Part shown: positions 41,993 to 55,565 of the stretch, piece by piece | Position numbering within the stretch: position 1 is the stretch's first letter | Layout of the letters: each line of letters begins with the position of its first letter | Assembly (NCBI RefSeq): GCF_009914755.1 | Contig: NC_060930.1 | Length of the DNA stretch: 64,000 bases | Reading direction: 5' to 3' (one strand) | Source of the DNA: the human T2T-CHM13v2.0 reference genome, Homo sapiens | The notes under the pieces: generated by a model | What the model saw: the letters and a program-made list of their open reading frames with translations, nothing else | Databases searched by the model: none | Told to the model about the DNA's origin: nothing | Program-made: the position numbers and the translations under genes

Positions 41993-44194
41993 TAGATTCA
42001 TTTCTTAAATGGCTTGAACCCCCATAGTAGTTCTTCCTTATTCTCTCTAGCTGGTTAGAAAAAAAGCGGGGAGGGGAGGGAAGTGCCCTGAACTGGAGTC
42101 AAAGTAGCAGATGATAGACAAGCTTTCCCTAAAAACTCTCCTCCTCAAGAAGTAAGATGAACACTGGGATCTTCTACCAACAGGTTTGCACCCCTAGCCA
42201 CCTCGATGTTAACAGGTTCTGTTCCGTGCCCCAGCCCTTTTGCTTTGTTTTGTTTTAGTCTCAGCAAGCTACTTACAGGCTTCTTTAAGTGGTGTAAAAA
42301 GCAAGGGAATTCAAAGCTGTAAAAACTTGAGCCTTGTTTAACCCTCTGCCATGATGAAGGACTTAACAAGGGTCTCCTATGGTGAGCTCACTCCAGCTCA
42401 CGGGTGGTTGCAGAAAGGGGAATGTTAAGAGTGTTGTGATGCTAAAGCCTCTCAACTTTCTCAGGCCTAAGAGACCCCTAATGGAACTCAGATATCTGAT
42501 TTCAGTCATTTAATAGCCCTTGAGATGGTGAAAAGACTGTAATGGAAGCTAAGTAGGGTGGTAGTACTTCCATGCCAGCCAGCTCAGTTCCATACCAGAA
42601 CTTGGGCTAGTGGAGATTTGACTTCAGAAATGTAGATATTTGGCCTTTAGAAGACTAGTTTGTCTTCCTTTAAGGAGAAGAATATGGAAGATTTGTCTTT
42701 AGAAATGTAGATGTTTGGCTTTTAAAAGAATAAATGGTTTGTCTTCCTTTAAAAATAGGCTTTTAAAGACACAAGTAAGTTTTAATTTGAGTGTAATTGT
42801 AAGGAGGCCACTTTCTAGTTCGTTGGAAAATATGTGTTCAGAAGACAATGTAGTATCAGTTTTTGTCTGATTTTTCAAGTGTTGGTTTCCCTTTTGGTTG
42901 AACAGCAGATCTTTCTCGTATATGTGTAATTCTAAAGGATTGTACAGAAAATTAAGGGAGATCTAAATACTTAGATTTTTAAAGTTTATCTGGTGAACTC
43001 TGATTTTGGTGATGATAATAAATGACTGCATTGAGGATAATGCATTTCATTGTTATATCCTAATGAAGCTTTAGGGTCATCTTCGCCTCAGAATATTTTG
43101 GGGGAGGTTGTTTTGAGAAGATAACTTCTTCAGCTAAAAATGAAAAGTCACCAAATTTTCCTGAAAGTAGACTAGCTCAGTATGACCACAGAGCATTTAA
43201 AGAACCATCCAAAGGACAGTGGGGGCTGTGAGGGGATCTAGTTTCTGGTTTAGGATTTCCATTTTTGCTTAGAATCCATTGTTCTTTCAGCAGCCAGGAG
43301 CACATGCAACCTGAAGTGTATTTTTTACTTTAAAACTTAACTGTGACTGTCACTTCATTGAAGACTCTCCTAAATTCACAGAACGAGGCTGAGGTCAGAC
43401 TCTGACACCCTGCTTCTCTCAAATTAACTGTCCCAGCTTCCCAAGAGTTGCTCTCTAATAACTTTCTTGGTTTAACTTCTTAGTGTTTCTCCAGACTGAA
43501 TTCCTGGCTTGCTCACAGAAGAAGGTCATGTGATGCTGAATCTGAGCCGCCTTGTGTTAATGGAGCGGTCTGCTCAGTTGACAGGCAGTCTTGCTGGGGA
43601 GCTGCAGCAAGATGCTTCTCTGGCGGGCTGGGTGTTTCACACGTCATTCATTTTAGACCACGTGTAGAATTCTTTGACCCTTAGGTCTATCTGGAAAAGA
43701 AAAAATAGCCATACTTTTTTGGAGGGCTGGCTGCTGGGTCGTGAAGGGCACTGTGTTCTCTCAGGTGTTCATAAAGCTTGGTGCATGTGCTTACAGTTGG
43801 TGGCAGAGATGGTCATGAGCTGGTGTGGTGCTGCAAGCTCGAGCTTCCGGTAAGCCTTCTTGAGTTCGACATGTGTCCTCTCTGAGGGAAACCAGCTTCA
43901 GTCTCACCTTAATTTGATATCAAAGATGCCTGCATTCACAAACTTTCATTCATCTTCATCTTTTGACATTTGGAGACACCATTAGGGAGCAGCCCAATAT
44001 TTAGTTTAAAGTACTTTACATAAAGACTGGGAAGCATCCACCAGCAAAAGCCCAGATGGAGAGGGGAGGGGTGGTTCACTTCTTGTCTCTGCCACATCAC
44101 TCAATCTTGTAGAATATTAGGTTTCTCATTTGTCAAAAGAAGACAGCCTCATCAAGTTTTAAAGGTGCATAGTATGTATAATTTTAAACTTGAA

Positions 44195-44488
44195 GACCGG
44201 GCGCAGTGGCTCACGCTTGTAATCCCAGCACTTTGGGAGGCCGAGACGGGTGGATCATGAGGTCAGGAGATCGAGACGGTGAAACCCCGTCTCTACTAAA
44301 AATACAAAAAAATTAGCCGGGCGTGGTGGCGGGCGCCTGTAGTCCCAGCTACTCGGAGAGGCTGAGGCAGGAGAATGGCGTGAACCCAGGAGGCGGAGCT
44401 TGCAGTGAGCTGAGACTGCGCCACTGCACTGCAGCCTGGGTGACAGAGCAAGACTCCGTCTCAAAAAATAAAAAAAATAAAAACTAAA
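44195..44488 (+). mobile_element. AluY variant with left-arm deletion
   Basis: CpG-rich, gagatcgagacggtgaaacccc lacks ~15 nt of consensus, TSD TAAACTTGAA at 44185 and 44489. Confidence 0.93.
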
Positions 44489-45766
44489 TAAACTTGAACC
44501 CTAACATTTTGTCTGTGAAATGGACCTGGTGAAGTCTATGTTATGATACAGAGCTAGAAAGAAATAGTGGTGTACTAGTGTGGCATCAGCAGGCTGCAGT
44601 ATTGGAAGCCATTTGGAATTTACGTGTAGGCTACTTCCCAAAAGGAGTAAATCTTTGATGCTTGTTTGACTGATGTTTGAATGCTGTGATTCTAGTATGT
44701 CTTTAAAATTTATGTTGGGGATAGGACTAATTCTAACCAAATACAGGTAATATAGACTGTATCGTGTTTTTTATTGATGTAGATATTTCTGTTTTAGGGA
44801 ATGTAACATCTGATAAATATGAATCTGTTATGAATTACCTGGAGAATATATTCTGCTATTTGTACCTATGACTATAGTCTTCGGTTATAGTATGCTAGCC
44901 TGAAGAATTCTGCATCTTCAGGGATCTTTATTCTTACCTTTTAAAAAAAGCCGAAAGTCTGAACTGTCATTCAGGGAGAGAATGTTGGGATCTTTTTAGT
45001 GTCGATGAGCGCGAGAGAAAATTGATATGGCCATAAAAAGGGGTTTTCTTTGCAGAGGCTGGTACACTGGCTACATACGCTGTTTTTTCCTGGAAAGCAG
45101 TGACATTTAGCATGAAGGCTGCTCTTCCTGGGCCTGTTGGTTTTATAAAATGCACCTGTTTTCACCTCTGGCCAGCCTGCTAAGCATGGAGACAGAGCCT
45201 GAGTGGCTCCTCCTTCAAGCAGTTGTATTTATAAACAGCTTTCTGGAAGGTCTCTTCTGTCCAGAGAGCTCATGTAGAACACAAACAGGGTGAAAATCAC
45301 CAGAATTACTATTTATAACTTAGAGTGTTCATAATGCTCAGCAGCATCTTGTAAACAACATTTTCTATCAGTAGAGTCTTCCCCCAGGGGCCACCTGTGC
45401 TTCTCACAGGCTTACCTTTCTATATGGAGATGGGAGAAGGGGGCTTTCTGGGATCCGCTTTGCCATTGCTGGAGAGATTGCCTCCTAGAGGTCCTCCTTG
45501 GTCTTGGGCCAAGTGGGAGAATGTTTGCTGACTGCTTTCTCTTCCCTGACTTGGAGACACATATTTACTGGACTTTCATCCCAAGATGGAGATTCTCCAC
45601 CTTGCAGGAGACACCACCTGCTTCACCCTGGTTTTGTTGATGTGTTCATTGAATTTCAAAGTATTGCTTTCCCCAATCCTCCAAATTGTTTTGAAGTTTA
45701 AAGTTTCAGAAACTAAAATGAATTTAAAATGTGTTTTGCAAATTAGTATTTAGAGGTCCTGTAAGT

Positions 45767-46072
45767 CAATGTTTCTCAAAATGTTTCTCGGAATACTAGA
45801 TCCTCAAGATAGTCATAGATCCTCAAGATAGTGAAATGGAAAATGGATTCTGTGGTCAAATAAGTTTAAGAAATACCATGTTAAACAAAGAGAAATTGCA
45901 TTATTTCCAAGAGAACTTCTCAGAGCCTTAAAGGTTAATACACATTATGAACCTTTTAGGGTAGGATATGTTATGCAGTGTTTCCTAAATGTGTTTGATA
46001 TCTTGAATCAAATCCTTTTTCTTCAAGAAACCATAGCACCAGTGTTCTAAGGAACCCCCTTAAGAAATGCTG
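45767..46072. mobile_element. hAT-Charlie DNA element (MER112/113-like)
   Basis: Degenerate terminal inverted repeats caatgtttctcaaa / taagaaatgctg. Internal tgtggtcaaataagttt and cttctcagagcctta. Confidence 0.5.
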
Positions 46073-48056
46073 TCCTAGAGTTTTGCTGAAAGGAGTCAGC
46101 ACCCCCTTGGAGACAGGGCTTCTTTGCCCTTCTCCTCCCTTTCTTGCTGAGTTTTTTGTATGACCTTGTCATATATCTAGTGTTTCTCAGCCATATCCAT
46201 GCATGGGCTAGCTGCCCGGCAAAGTGGTAGGCCCGTGTTGGTAGAAGTGCTCAAGAAAGGCCTGAAATCATTAAGCACAGTTCATCTGTTGAGTACCTGC
46301 TGGGCACAGGGGATAGAAGTGGGTAAAAAGGGTCCCTCCCTTAAAGAATGCGTGGCCTAGTGGAGAAAGTGGTGGCAGTGGCGATGACAGTTTGTCGTAG
46401 AGCCAAAGACTGCCTTCCTCACAAGGTTGGAGCAGAGGTGCATGTGGTGTGGCAGCCTGATGTGCCTGGTTTTCTGGGACACCCCTGCATTCAGGGGTTC
46501 TGTTCCATTATCACATGGTCTATTCCACAAAAACACAGACCCTAAGACTTGAGGAGCTCCATACTAACAGGTCAGAGTTCAGGCTGAATCCAGATGCTGG
46601 TTTCTTTTAAAAGCTCTGCAGAGCACTTTATGTTTGATTTCTAGAGCTGGTGAGTTCATCACGGTTGGACATGAGCCGCCCACTTCAGCACACTGTCCCT
46701 GGGGCTCAGCTCTGAGGGAGCTGTGGATTAAAAAAGCCTCCCCTGCAGCCCACTCCAAGTTAAGTGAGATCCTGTGGGATGGCAGAGGAGCTGTGGGACT
46801 TGCAGCAGAAGGCTGCCTTTTTCATGGCTGTGTGTCCTGCAGTCAAGTCCCTCATCTCTCAGTTTCAGTTTGCTTATTTATAAAATGAGGTTAAAATTAA
46901 AACTTGCCTCACAGAGCTCCTAGAAGGACTACCTCTGATATGGGCTAATGTCTTTTGGCACCTTTTTAAACATGTTATTTAATGTTTATTGTGATTTAAA
47001 ACAGCTCCAGAGGTTAATAGTGGAAGCCAGAAGCAGCCACGCCAGTCTTAAACTATGGGCAGAAAGAGTGACTGTTTTCCTCAGTGAACTAGATTCCCCT
47101 GGGTTTTTCATTAAAAAGGGATCACAGTTACCTGTTGGTGTGAGAACTTTTATTTCCAGAGTCAATGTCCCTTAGAAGTTCTGCCTGCCAGTTTGGGGGT
47201 GCTCATTAAAGGGGCTGTTAAACGAAACTAATGCTACAAATGGTGTTGAGGAGAGCTGTTTGTGGTATCCAAAGTGCTCCATTAGCATCTTTAAAGGATC
47301 GCCTGAGAAGTCCCAGCTGTCTGGCTTCAGCTCTGCTTAGCATGGGTACCCATCGGTGTCCACAGGGGCTAGCAGCAAGTCCTGCTGAAGGAGATGCCCC
47401 ACCCTGCTCTTTTCAGCTGCCTTAGAGCCTCAAGCCTGAGCCTCTCCTGCTGTTGGGAGGAACCTGGCAATGCCATCTTTGTCTTCCCAATGCCGGTCAT
47501 CCCAAGCCACTCAGAGAGATAAAGAGCCATTGCAGTCCCTCTTAGGGCTGTCTTGGAGCAGAAAGACTGGCACATGATAGCATGGTGTTGGCAGTAGTCT
47601 GGCCTTGGGTCTCCCCAGAGCTGGTGGTTTATCGCTTATTAGTTACTGTGATACAATTTGAGGTTCAGAAAAGACAGTCACTGTACCCTTAACATCTCTT
47701 CGAATTCTAAGTTGAGTGAAAACCCAGAAAAAAAATAGGCTGTTCTTCTCTAAGCGCTTCTAAATAAGCAGCAGCCAGGCCAGGGACTAAAATACATCGC
47801 CCTGTAGAGCCACTGGACACTGGGATGCAGGTCTTTTGTGTCTTTCCTGCTCAGTAATAGATGTGGACCTTAGTTTGTAATTTTAGGTCGGCTTTGTTTT
47901 TTAATAACCTATTTTTTGCTAAAATCCATGGCATTCGTTTATTAAAGAATAGTATCACTTAGTCACGAAGTCTCAGAGGGTAATTCCAGTGTTTCTGAAG
48001 GCTAAAACTGTAATTGACAGTCTTGGTTTGATTGAAGGTTTGGATGTCAGTACGTC

Positions 48057-48150
48057 TCCTCTCTCTCCCTCCCTCTCCCTCTCCCTGTCTCTTCCTCTCT
48101 CATCCTCTTTCTTCTTCTTTCTCTCCGTCTCCCTTCCCTCTTCTTTTCCT
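48057..48150. repeat. Polypyrimidine (CT-rich) low-complexity tract
   Basis: ctctctccctccctctccctctccctgtctcttcctctct... Confidence 0.85.
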
Positions 48151-51100
48151 GCTTTGTCTCTGATGCAAGAAGTCTGAGCCATAAGGTTGTGGGATTTTTT
48201 TGTTTCCTTTTTTTTTAAATGTGTTTCTGTTTGTGTGGAGTGTTTGACTTGATTCTTCAGGGGAAATCAGTGACTAAGAAGAGAAGGCCAGAGGTAGAAG
48301 TCCAAGAATTCTGAGGTCGAAATTTTCAGTTAATTTCCAGTAGGCCTTCATTTCTGTATATGCCACTGTAATTAATTGGGGCTTTCATTGGTCATTTGTA
48401 TGTTCAAAAAAGATCAGACAGCAATACCGCCCAACGTAGTTATAAGTAATCAGAAAGTGTCTTGACTGATAGACCTGTTGGAAGGTGACCCTAATGTTTA
48501 CCTGAAAATGCTGCCTGCCCACCGAGTAACAAAAGCCAAAGCACTCCCTGCCCCACTCGTCAGGTTCTACTCAGACTGCCCTGCTGGCTGGAGTGGGGTG
48601 CCCCATGGGAGGCAGCCCCAGCCGGCACTTACACCAAGGTGCAGGTGCAGGCCAAGCTGTAAGAAGAGGGCCACCGGGGCCACACACGCAGATTCCCCTC
48701 ACTACCGGAATCTGCACACCTGGCCAGGGCACTCCTTTGTCTCCCTCAGTTGTGGAGCCACCCTGGAGTTCCTCTCAGTTCCTCTGTGGCACTGGTGTGA
48801 TGGTTGTTACATGGCCACCATCTGTGTCACCTGTGTGTCCTGGTCATACCTTACAGGTGGTTTGGACTATTTGTAGAACTCAACTAGCTGATTCTGTGTT
48901 TTCAGTTTCAGAATCACTTGGAAAAATTAGATTGTCTCTCAGAATCCTGTGTATCTAAAGCAGGAAAAGAGCGCTTTAGAGATCCTCCCTTCAGTATTTG
49001 GTAGCTAAACCCTGAGATGGACTGGCAATTACACCTGCATTTCCACCCACCCTCCAGGGATCTAGGGCATCCCAGCCTGCACACTCCTATCATTCATCCC
49101 TGCCCCGCCCCCCACATACACACACCCCAGTAAATGCAGTGAAGAGTCATACAGGATAGGGTCACACCCAGCAAACATAAACATTGTGATATGCAGGTCA
49201 TGTTTGATGACTGAACATTTCCTCCTGTACTACAATTCCCTATTGTTTTTAAAAGGTGAATCACTTTATTGACAGCAGCTTGAAACTTAGAGTAGCAAGA
49301 CTCTTAATTTGGGGGCTGGTGGTAAGGATATCTATGGTGGGATGTACAGAAAGGATAGGAGAAGATAAACCTTTTATTAAATACTTGAGAATTAGTTGAA
49401 TGTTAAAATCGTGCCTTGTATTGATTTCATCTGTAAGAAATAGGAGTTTTAGAAATTGAATGATTGGAAACCATCCTTTTCACATAAAGTACTGCAAATC
49501 CTAGGTCATATCCCACCAGGCAGTAGGTTCTGCCTGGACTCAGACTAACTCTTGGCAAATATGAGTAGGTCATGGAAGCAGTTGCAATGAAAGGATGCTG
49601 AGTGTTTGAGTTGGCAAAGAGGAAGAGAGGGTTCTTCCAGGAGGATGGTTCTTTGATTGATTCAGCCAACATTTATAGTGCATCCATTTAGTACTTTCAA
49701 CTTACCAGGTTCCTTGGGACATCAAGAAAACTGTTGTTTCTTTCACTGGAATATGTGCTGCACGAGGGAAGATACCAGACAGTGCTCTTAAAGTAGTAGG
49801 TGCTCCATAAGTGTTTGATTTGATTTGAAGACTTTGCTTAGCTTTCAAGGAGTTCAACATGTTAGGAGCTCAAAGTCCCTGAAAAAGTTGCCATTTCAGG
49901 CACATTATGATTAGATACTAGGTGAGTGACTTAAGAATTGAGTCAAGGATAGCGTAGGGAAGGTGGGGCTGCAGGAGCCATCTGAACATGTAGGTGATTT
50001 GCTGGGTGGTAAGAAGAGCCGTCCAGGCAAAGTGTCTTTGAACCTGACCCATCGGACAAGCGGAGGGTTTGTTCCCAGAAGCAGTAGTGGGCCTTAAAGC
50101 ATGGATGAGGACAGTGGAACCTGATCCCACAGGCCTTTACCAGCTAAGGGTTTTGGATATTATAATAAAGTTAAATAACCATGAATTCAGAGAGGATCCA
50201 GACACCCTTTAAAGGCTTTTTGCCTAAAAACTGGGCCTTTAAAAAGAACATAATCTAAAAGTGTACATACTATTATACGTGGTTTGCAAATCTGAGAATC
50301 TTAAGAAAATACTAAATCTCTGCAACTTTGCTATTGACAGTAAATCAATACCTGTCATATTTCTGCCACATTAGTATTCATAGTCGACTCTGGATATGTG
50401 AAAAATATTGGTTAACATAATCCCTGCCTCAACATAAAGTCAGAGATAGGGATTTATCTGTCCCTATCTCTGATAGGGATAGATCAGATAGTTTAAGATA
50501 GGGCATTCTTAAACTTATTTTAGCCATTAATAATCGCTAAATTTAAGCAACAGAAAAGCTGGTGCCTCCCAGCAGGTGGCCCCCAGCCCTTTGTCCCTCA
50601 GCTATGAAGTATGAGGATGGCTACCTCTCTCCCTGTGTCTCCCTTGGGTTTTATCAGCACAGCACAAAGGCTGGCTGGAAGGGCAGTCCACTCCAGGTCT
50701 AGGCTCTGAGGTGTCCTGGAGGCGAAGACTCTGGAGGACCTTGTCACCAGCCTTCCCAGACTGGTTCACCTGCTGCCTTGACCAAGCCCAGGAATTACTG
50801 GGAGGCAGTGCAAGGCAGCCTTTACACAAGTCAAGCTTGTGTTTTACACCCTGTCTTCCTGGAGTCCATGTGAGACTTCCTTGTCAGATTGCATTAATAT
50901 CAATTCCTTATCTCTCCTAAGTGTTCCATATTTAGTCCCCAGCTTGCTCTAGGGGTTGAAAGTTTGGCTAAAATTATCTTTCTTTTTAAAGAGTGAGGAA
51001 AGTGGTGTTTCACTTTATTTTTGCTTGTGGGGCAAACTTTCCTCAAATCATCTAGTTCTGTCTAACTAGGAAAACAGTTGATAACCTTCATGGATTTGTG

Positions 51101-51720
51101 AATGTGAAGGTTTCAACTTATGATCTCTTTTTCCTTCCATGTCCTATTTAGTATTAGGGTCCTGTTCTGTTCTTCTCTGCCCAGAAGATAAAAACACTAC
51201 TGAAAAATGTTTCACAGTGGATTAAGTTGTGGGAGGACAGCAGTAGGAACATTTATGTTTTATTCCCAGATTAAAGTTGATTGGGGTTGTTATGTTTTGT
51301 GTAGTTTTTGGAGGCATTTCCCTTTCTTAGAGTATCATGTGATTTATGGTGATAATTAGGCAGAAACTTGTCTTCCCTACAGATGCCAAGATTATAGAGG
51401 GACTTGCTCTCACCAGAGACCAGATGACAGCATCCGTAGATATTTTTAGAATGGACCTCATCATTTATTTGGTCTCCCCATTTCATTTTCTTTGTATCAG
51501 CAATTGATTTCAAACTTGTTTATTGGGCAGGGAGGGGAGAGAGGGCGTCTTCCCTTATTAATGAAAGTCACTGATGGGACAGAACAGCATCTTTGTATTT
51601 ATTGTTAATTGGCATATTGCCTAGTACTTGCAGAGTAAACTACAATTCCATCAGCTGTAGCTTCATTTTCTTTTCAAAAGTTTTGCTTAATCTGATGTGT
51701 TTTCTTACAGCATTTTAAAA

Positions 51721-51890
51721 TTTTATTTATTTATTTTGAGACCGGGTTATGAGACTAGTTTTTGTATTTTTGGTAGGGACGGGGTTTTGCCATGTTGCCC
51801 AGGGTGGTCTCCAACTCCTGGTCTCAAGGGACCGCCCCCCTCAGCCTCCCAAAGTGCTGAGACTACAGGCATGAGCCGCCATGCCTGGCC
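51721..51890 (-). mobile_element. Short Alu: left arm plus collapsed right arm
   Basis: (ttta)n-gagaccgggttatgagact-linker-left arm. 18-bp TSD cttaatc(t/c)gatgtgtttt at 51686 and 51892. Confidence 0.85.
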
Positions 51891-54097
51891 CCTTAATCCG
51901 ATGTGTTTTTAAACTAGAAGAGCATCGACACATACACATAAATCTCACGGTTAACTAAATAACCGTATAACTAAAATGTCATACTTTAAACTATTTAAGA
52001 ATGACATGAGCTTTCTTAAAACCCATGAAACTTGTACCCAAGCTAAGTATCATTGACTTTCCCAGCTCAGTAGCTGGGTTTCATCACTTAATATGCTCCC
52101 TCTACTCTTTCTGTCCTTGATTGAATCAGATAAGCATGTACAAACATTGAGCCACAGGAGAGCCATTAAAAATCTAAGACAGATGAGCTGCTGCTTTCCT
52201 TTTGATTATTTTTATTACCCCAGTTTTCATTGTAAATGGTGATTCTGGTGTTCCTCTGAGAAGGTTAATTGTATTTCTGTTCAACATTTATCTTCTATAT
52301 TTTCAGTGTTTTACAATCTGTTTTCCTTCTGTCACAGAGGAAACCAAAGGCCTTTCTGTTCTCTGGAGTGGGAGTTTCTGTATTAAATTTGTCCTCTGCA
52401 AGAGTTGCCTCTATACCTGGGCCAAATCCTCTACCAATTCAGCCTATAAGCACCAAGGTGGTTTCCTGAGCAGGCCTCCCTGGGAGGGCATTGCCTGGGG
52501 GACCTCAGCGGAAGCTGTAGAACATAGCTTCACAGGTGACCCCAACCCCAATCTGCAGAAAGGGAAAGTGGTGATTCACACATCTCGTTTTTAATAATGG
52601 AGTTCTCTGAAGATTGGGGCCTTTTGATGAAGGAATGGATATTAAGCCTGGGGACTGTGGTTGGTTAGTGCTTTAGACTGTCCCACATGGGCCTCCTACT
52701 CCTGGCTTTGGGGTGATGGCCTGTTCTGCTCAAAATTGTGCTCTGTTAGGGGCTCATGGGTGTCCTCTGTCCTCTTTCCTGCTGTGTTGGCCCAGCCCAC
52801 ATTGGAGCAAGCCACACTCCCTGTCTCTGTACTTGGGGAATGAAGTGTGTCACCTTCCCATTATGCACTGGCTTCTGTGGCTGCATAATTAATACCCAAG
52901 GGAACTGGAGAGAGATCTGAATTAGGTAGTACTTTACAGCTTCTCCCTCGGCGCTTACAGTAAGTCAGGATGGGGACTTGGGGATGGGAGTCCCCTGATG
53001 ACTGATCACATAGTGATGTTGGATGGTGGTTTATTAAGTGTTATTGTGAGGGGAAAAAACCAAATCCTCTTCCAGAGGACTGTGCCTGTGAAACGCTATC
53101 TAATCATTCATACTTTGCAGGGCAAGGTAGAGTAGTTAGAATAGCACTGACTTTAGCAAGCTACGGTCTTCACAGATGCTGAGATCTAGTATTTACTTCA
53201 GCTTTTACTCCCTCTAGAATCAACAAGCCATTATTTTATAGTCCAAGGTAATATTATCTAGTAGCTTTACAAAGCAAAGAATGCCCCAAAAAACCATCAG
53301 CCAGGGAAACTAAAACCTAGGGATAGACAGGAAGAAGAAAGGGGCTTCTTTTTATACTTTATTGTCCCTACCTCCAGTAAAACAACCTAAATTCTTCAAT
53401 TTGGAGCTTTAACAAGGATAAGTAAATATGACCATGGGCATGTAACATTGTAAATACTAAGTCCTGCTGTGTTTGCAAACATTGAGAGTGAAAGGTAAGA
53501 TTGCCAGCAAGTGCAGAGTCACAGAAGAGATTGAAGTTACAGTACACTCATGAGAATTCCTGATGACCCTACGGTACAACCTCTAAAGGTGGGAGAAGCA
53601 GATGTATATAATGTGATTTTGTGTGTGAGTTTTTTGATGCTTTTTTCATTACTTATTTACCTTGTCTGGAGAGAAAAGCACGAGTTCATGTTGTTTCACT
53701 ACCACTTTTCTATCCATTTCTTGGCCTAGAGCCGTTTCTTTACTACCATAACTGCCAACACTATCTCCATAAACAAAGAATCTTATGTCTGGAGGTCTGT
53801 CATGTCACGTCCTTTTGCTATTAAGACAGCTCTATGAATATACTTTTTTTTTTTTTTTTAATCCCTTAACTTTTCTGGGCCCAGTGGTCACATGACATCT
53901 GATAAGACTTGTATAAATTCAGATGCTCTAAGAGCACCTTTTTTGTGCCTTTCCATTGAAGACAAAATAATAATTGGAGGCAGAATAATAATAATGTTGT
54001 TGATTGTTAATGGGGTGTTTTATGGGGGATTTCTTGTCCATATATGTGTTATGTAATTTTTTTTCTCCAAATTTGTAATACAAAAATCAAATTCCTA

Positions 54098-54213
54098 AGC
54101 CAGGTGCATTGGCGTGCCTGTAGTCCTAGCTACTCAGGAGGCTGAGACGGAAGGATCTCTTGAGCCCAGGAGTTCAAGTCCAGCCTGGGCAACATAGCAA
54201 GACCCCATTTCTT
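54098..54213 (+). mobile_element. FLAM-like Alu monomer
   Basis: gcctgtagtcctagctactcaggagg...ttgagcccaggagttcaagtccagcctgggcaacatagcaagacccc. Confidence 0.85.
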
Positions 54214-54215
54214 AA

Positions 54216-54520
<305 letters not shown>

Positions 54521-55183
54521 CATTTCTTAAATTCTTAAGATGGCCCGCTTAGTAATTACTTACTCTTTTTATGGTGGGGAATAGGGGAGTCAAGATTACC
54601 CACACCCAGCACTGCAGACTTATTAAGGCCTTTATAGAAAGTGGCCATTTCATCTCCACTGGTGTTGGGGTATTCGTGGAAAAGGGTGGTAAGCAATTCA
54701 GTTAGTCCACATAGCCAGTAGGGAAGAACCAGAAAAGTATAACTCATCTACTTAGGATGAGCGGCTCTCCTTGTTTTAGCATGGAAAGTCCCATGTCCTA
54801 GGAAATCCCTCAGTCCGGAAGTCTAGAACAGAATCTTATCTGCACCTTGAACATCTAACTAAAAAGGACCCACCAAAACACCCCTAATATGGCTTTCTTT
54901 ATCTCCCAAAGTGAATGATCCCATTCCCTTTGGGCTTTTCAACTTCAGAGCATTTTGTAATAAGGACAACATGAGAAATAAGGTAAGTAATCTTTGTGCT
55001 TTGTCCTTAGGATTTCAGACCTTTGAAACTGGTGTAGCAGAGCAGCTTTGCTGTGCTAGCCCTGGGCTCTGAGGTGGGTGAGGGAGATGGAAGGCCTTGA
55101 CAGGTGGCCCTCAGGTGCCCACTATTGCTGTTGCAGTGCCCTTAATGATCTCTGGTTTTCTTTTCTCCTCCTTTAGACCCTCA

Positions 55184-55340
55184 AACTGACACAAGACCTA
55201 CAGAGAAAACCCTTTGCCAAATCTGCTCTCAGCAAGTGGACAGTGATACCGTTTACAGCTTAACACCTTTGTGAATCCCACGCCATTTTCCTAACCCAGC
55301 AGAGACTGTTAATGGCCCCTTACCCTGGGTGAAGCACTTA
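55184..55340 (+). promoter_or_regulatory. Proximal 3' UTR miRNA seed cluster
   Basis: AACTGACA 55184 (miR-223 8mer), TTGCCAAA 55214 (miR-182 8mer, miR-96 7mer-A1), GTTTACA 55251 (miR-30 7mer-A1), GACTGTTA 55304 (miR-132/212 8mer), AGCACTTA 55333 (miR-302/372 8mer). Confidence 0.75.
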
Positions 55341-55565
55341 CCCTTGGAACAGAACTCTAAAAAGTATGCAAAATCTTCCTTGTACAGGGTGGTGAGCCGC
55401 CTGCCAGTGGAGGACAGCACCCCTCAGCACCACCCACCCTCATTCAGAGCACACCGTGAGCCCCCGTCGGCCATTCTGTGGTGTTTTAATATTGCGATGG
55501 TTTATGGGACGTTTTAAGTGTTGTTCTTGTGTTTGTTTTCCTTTGACTTTCTGAGTTTTTCACAT

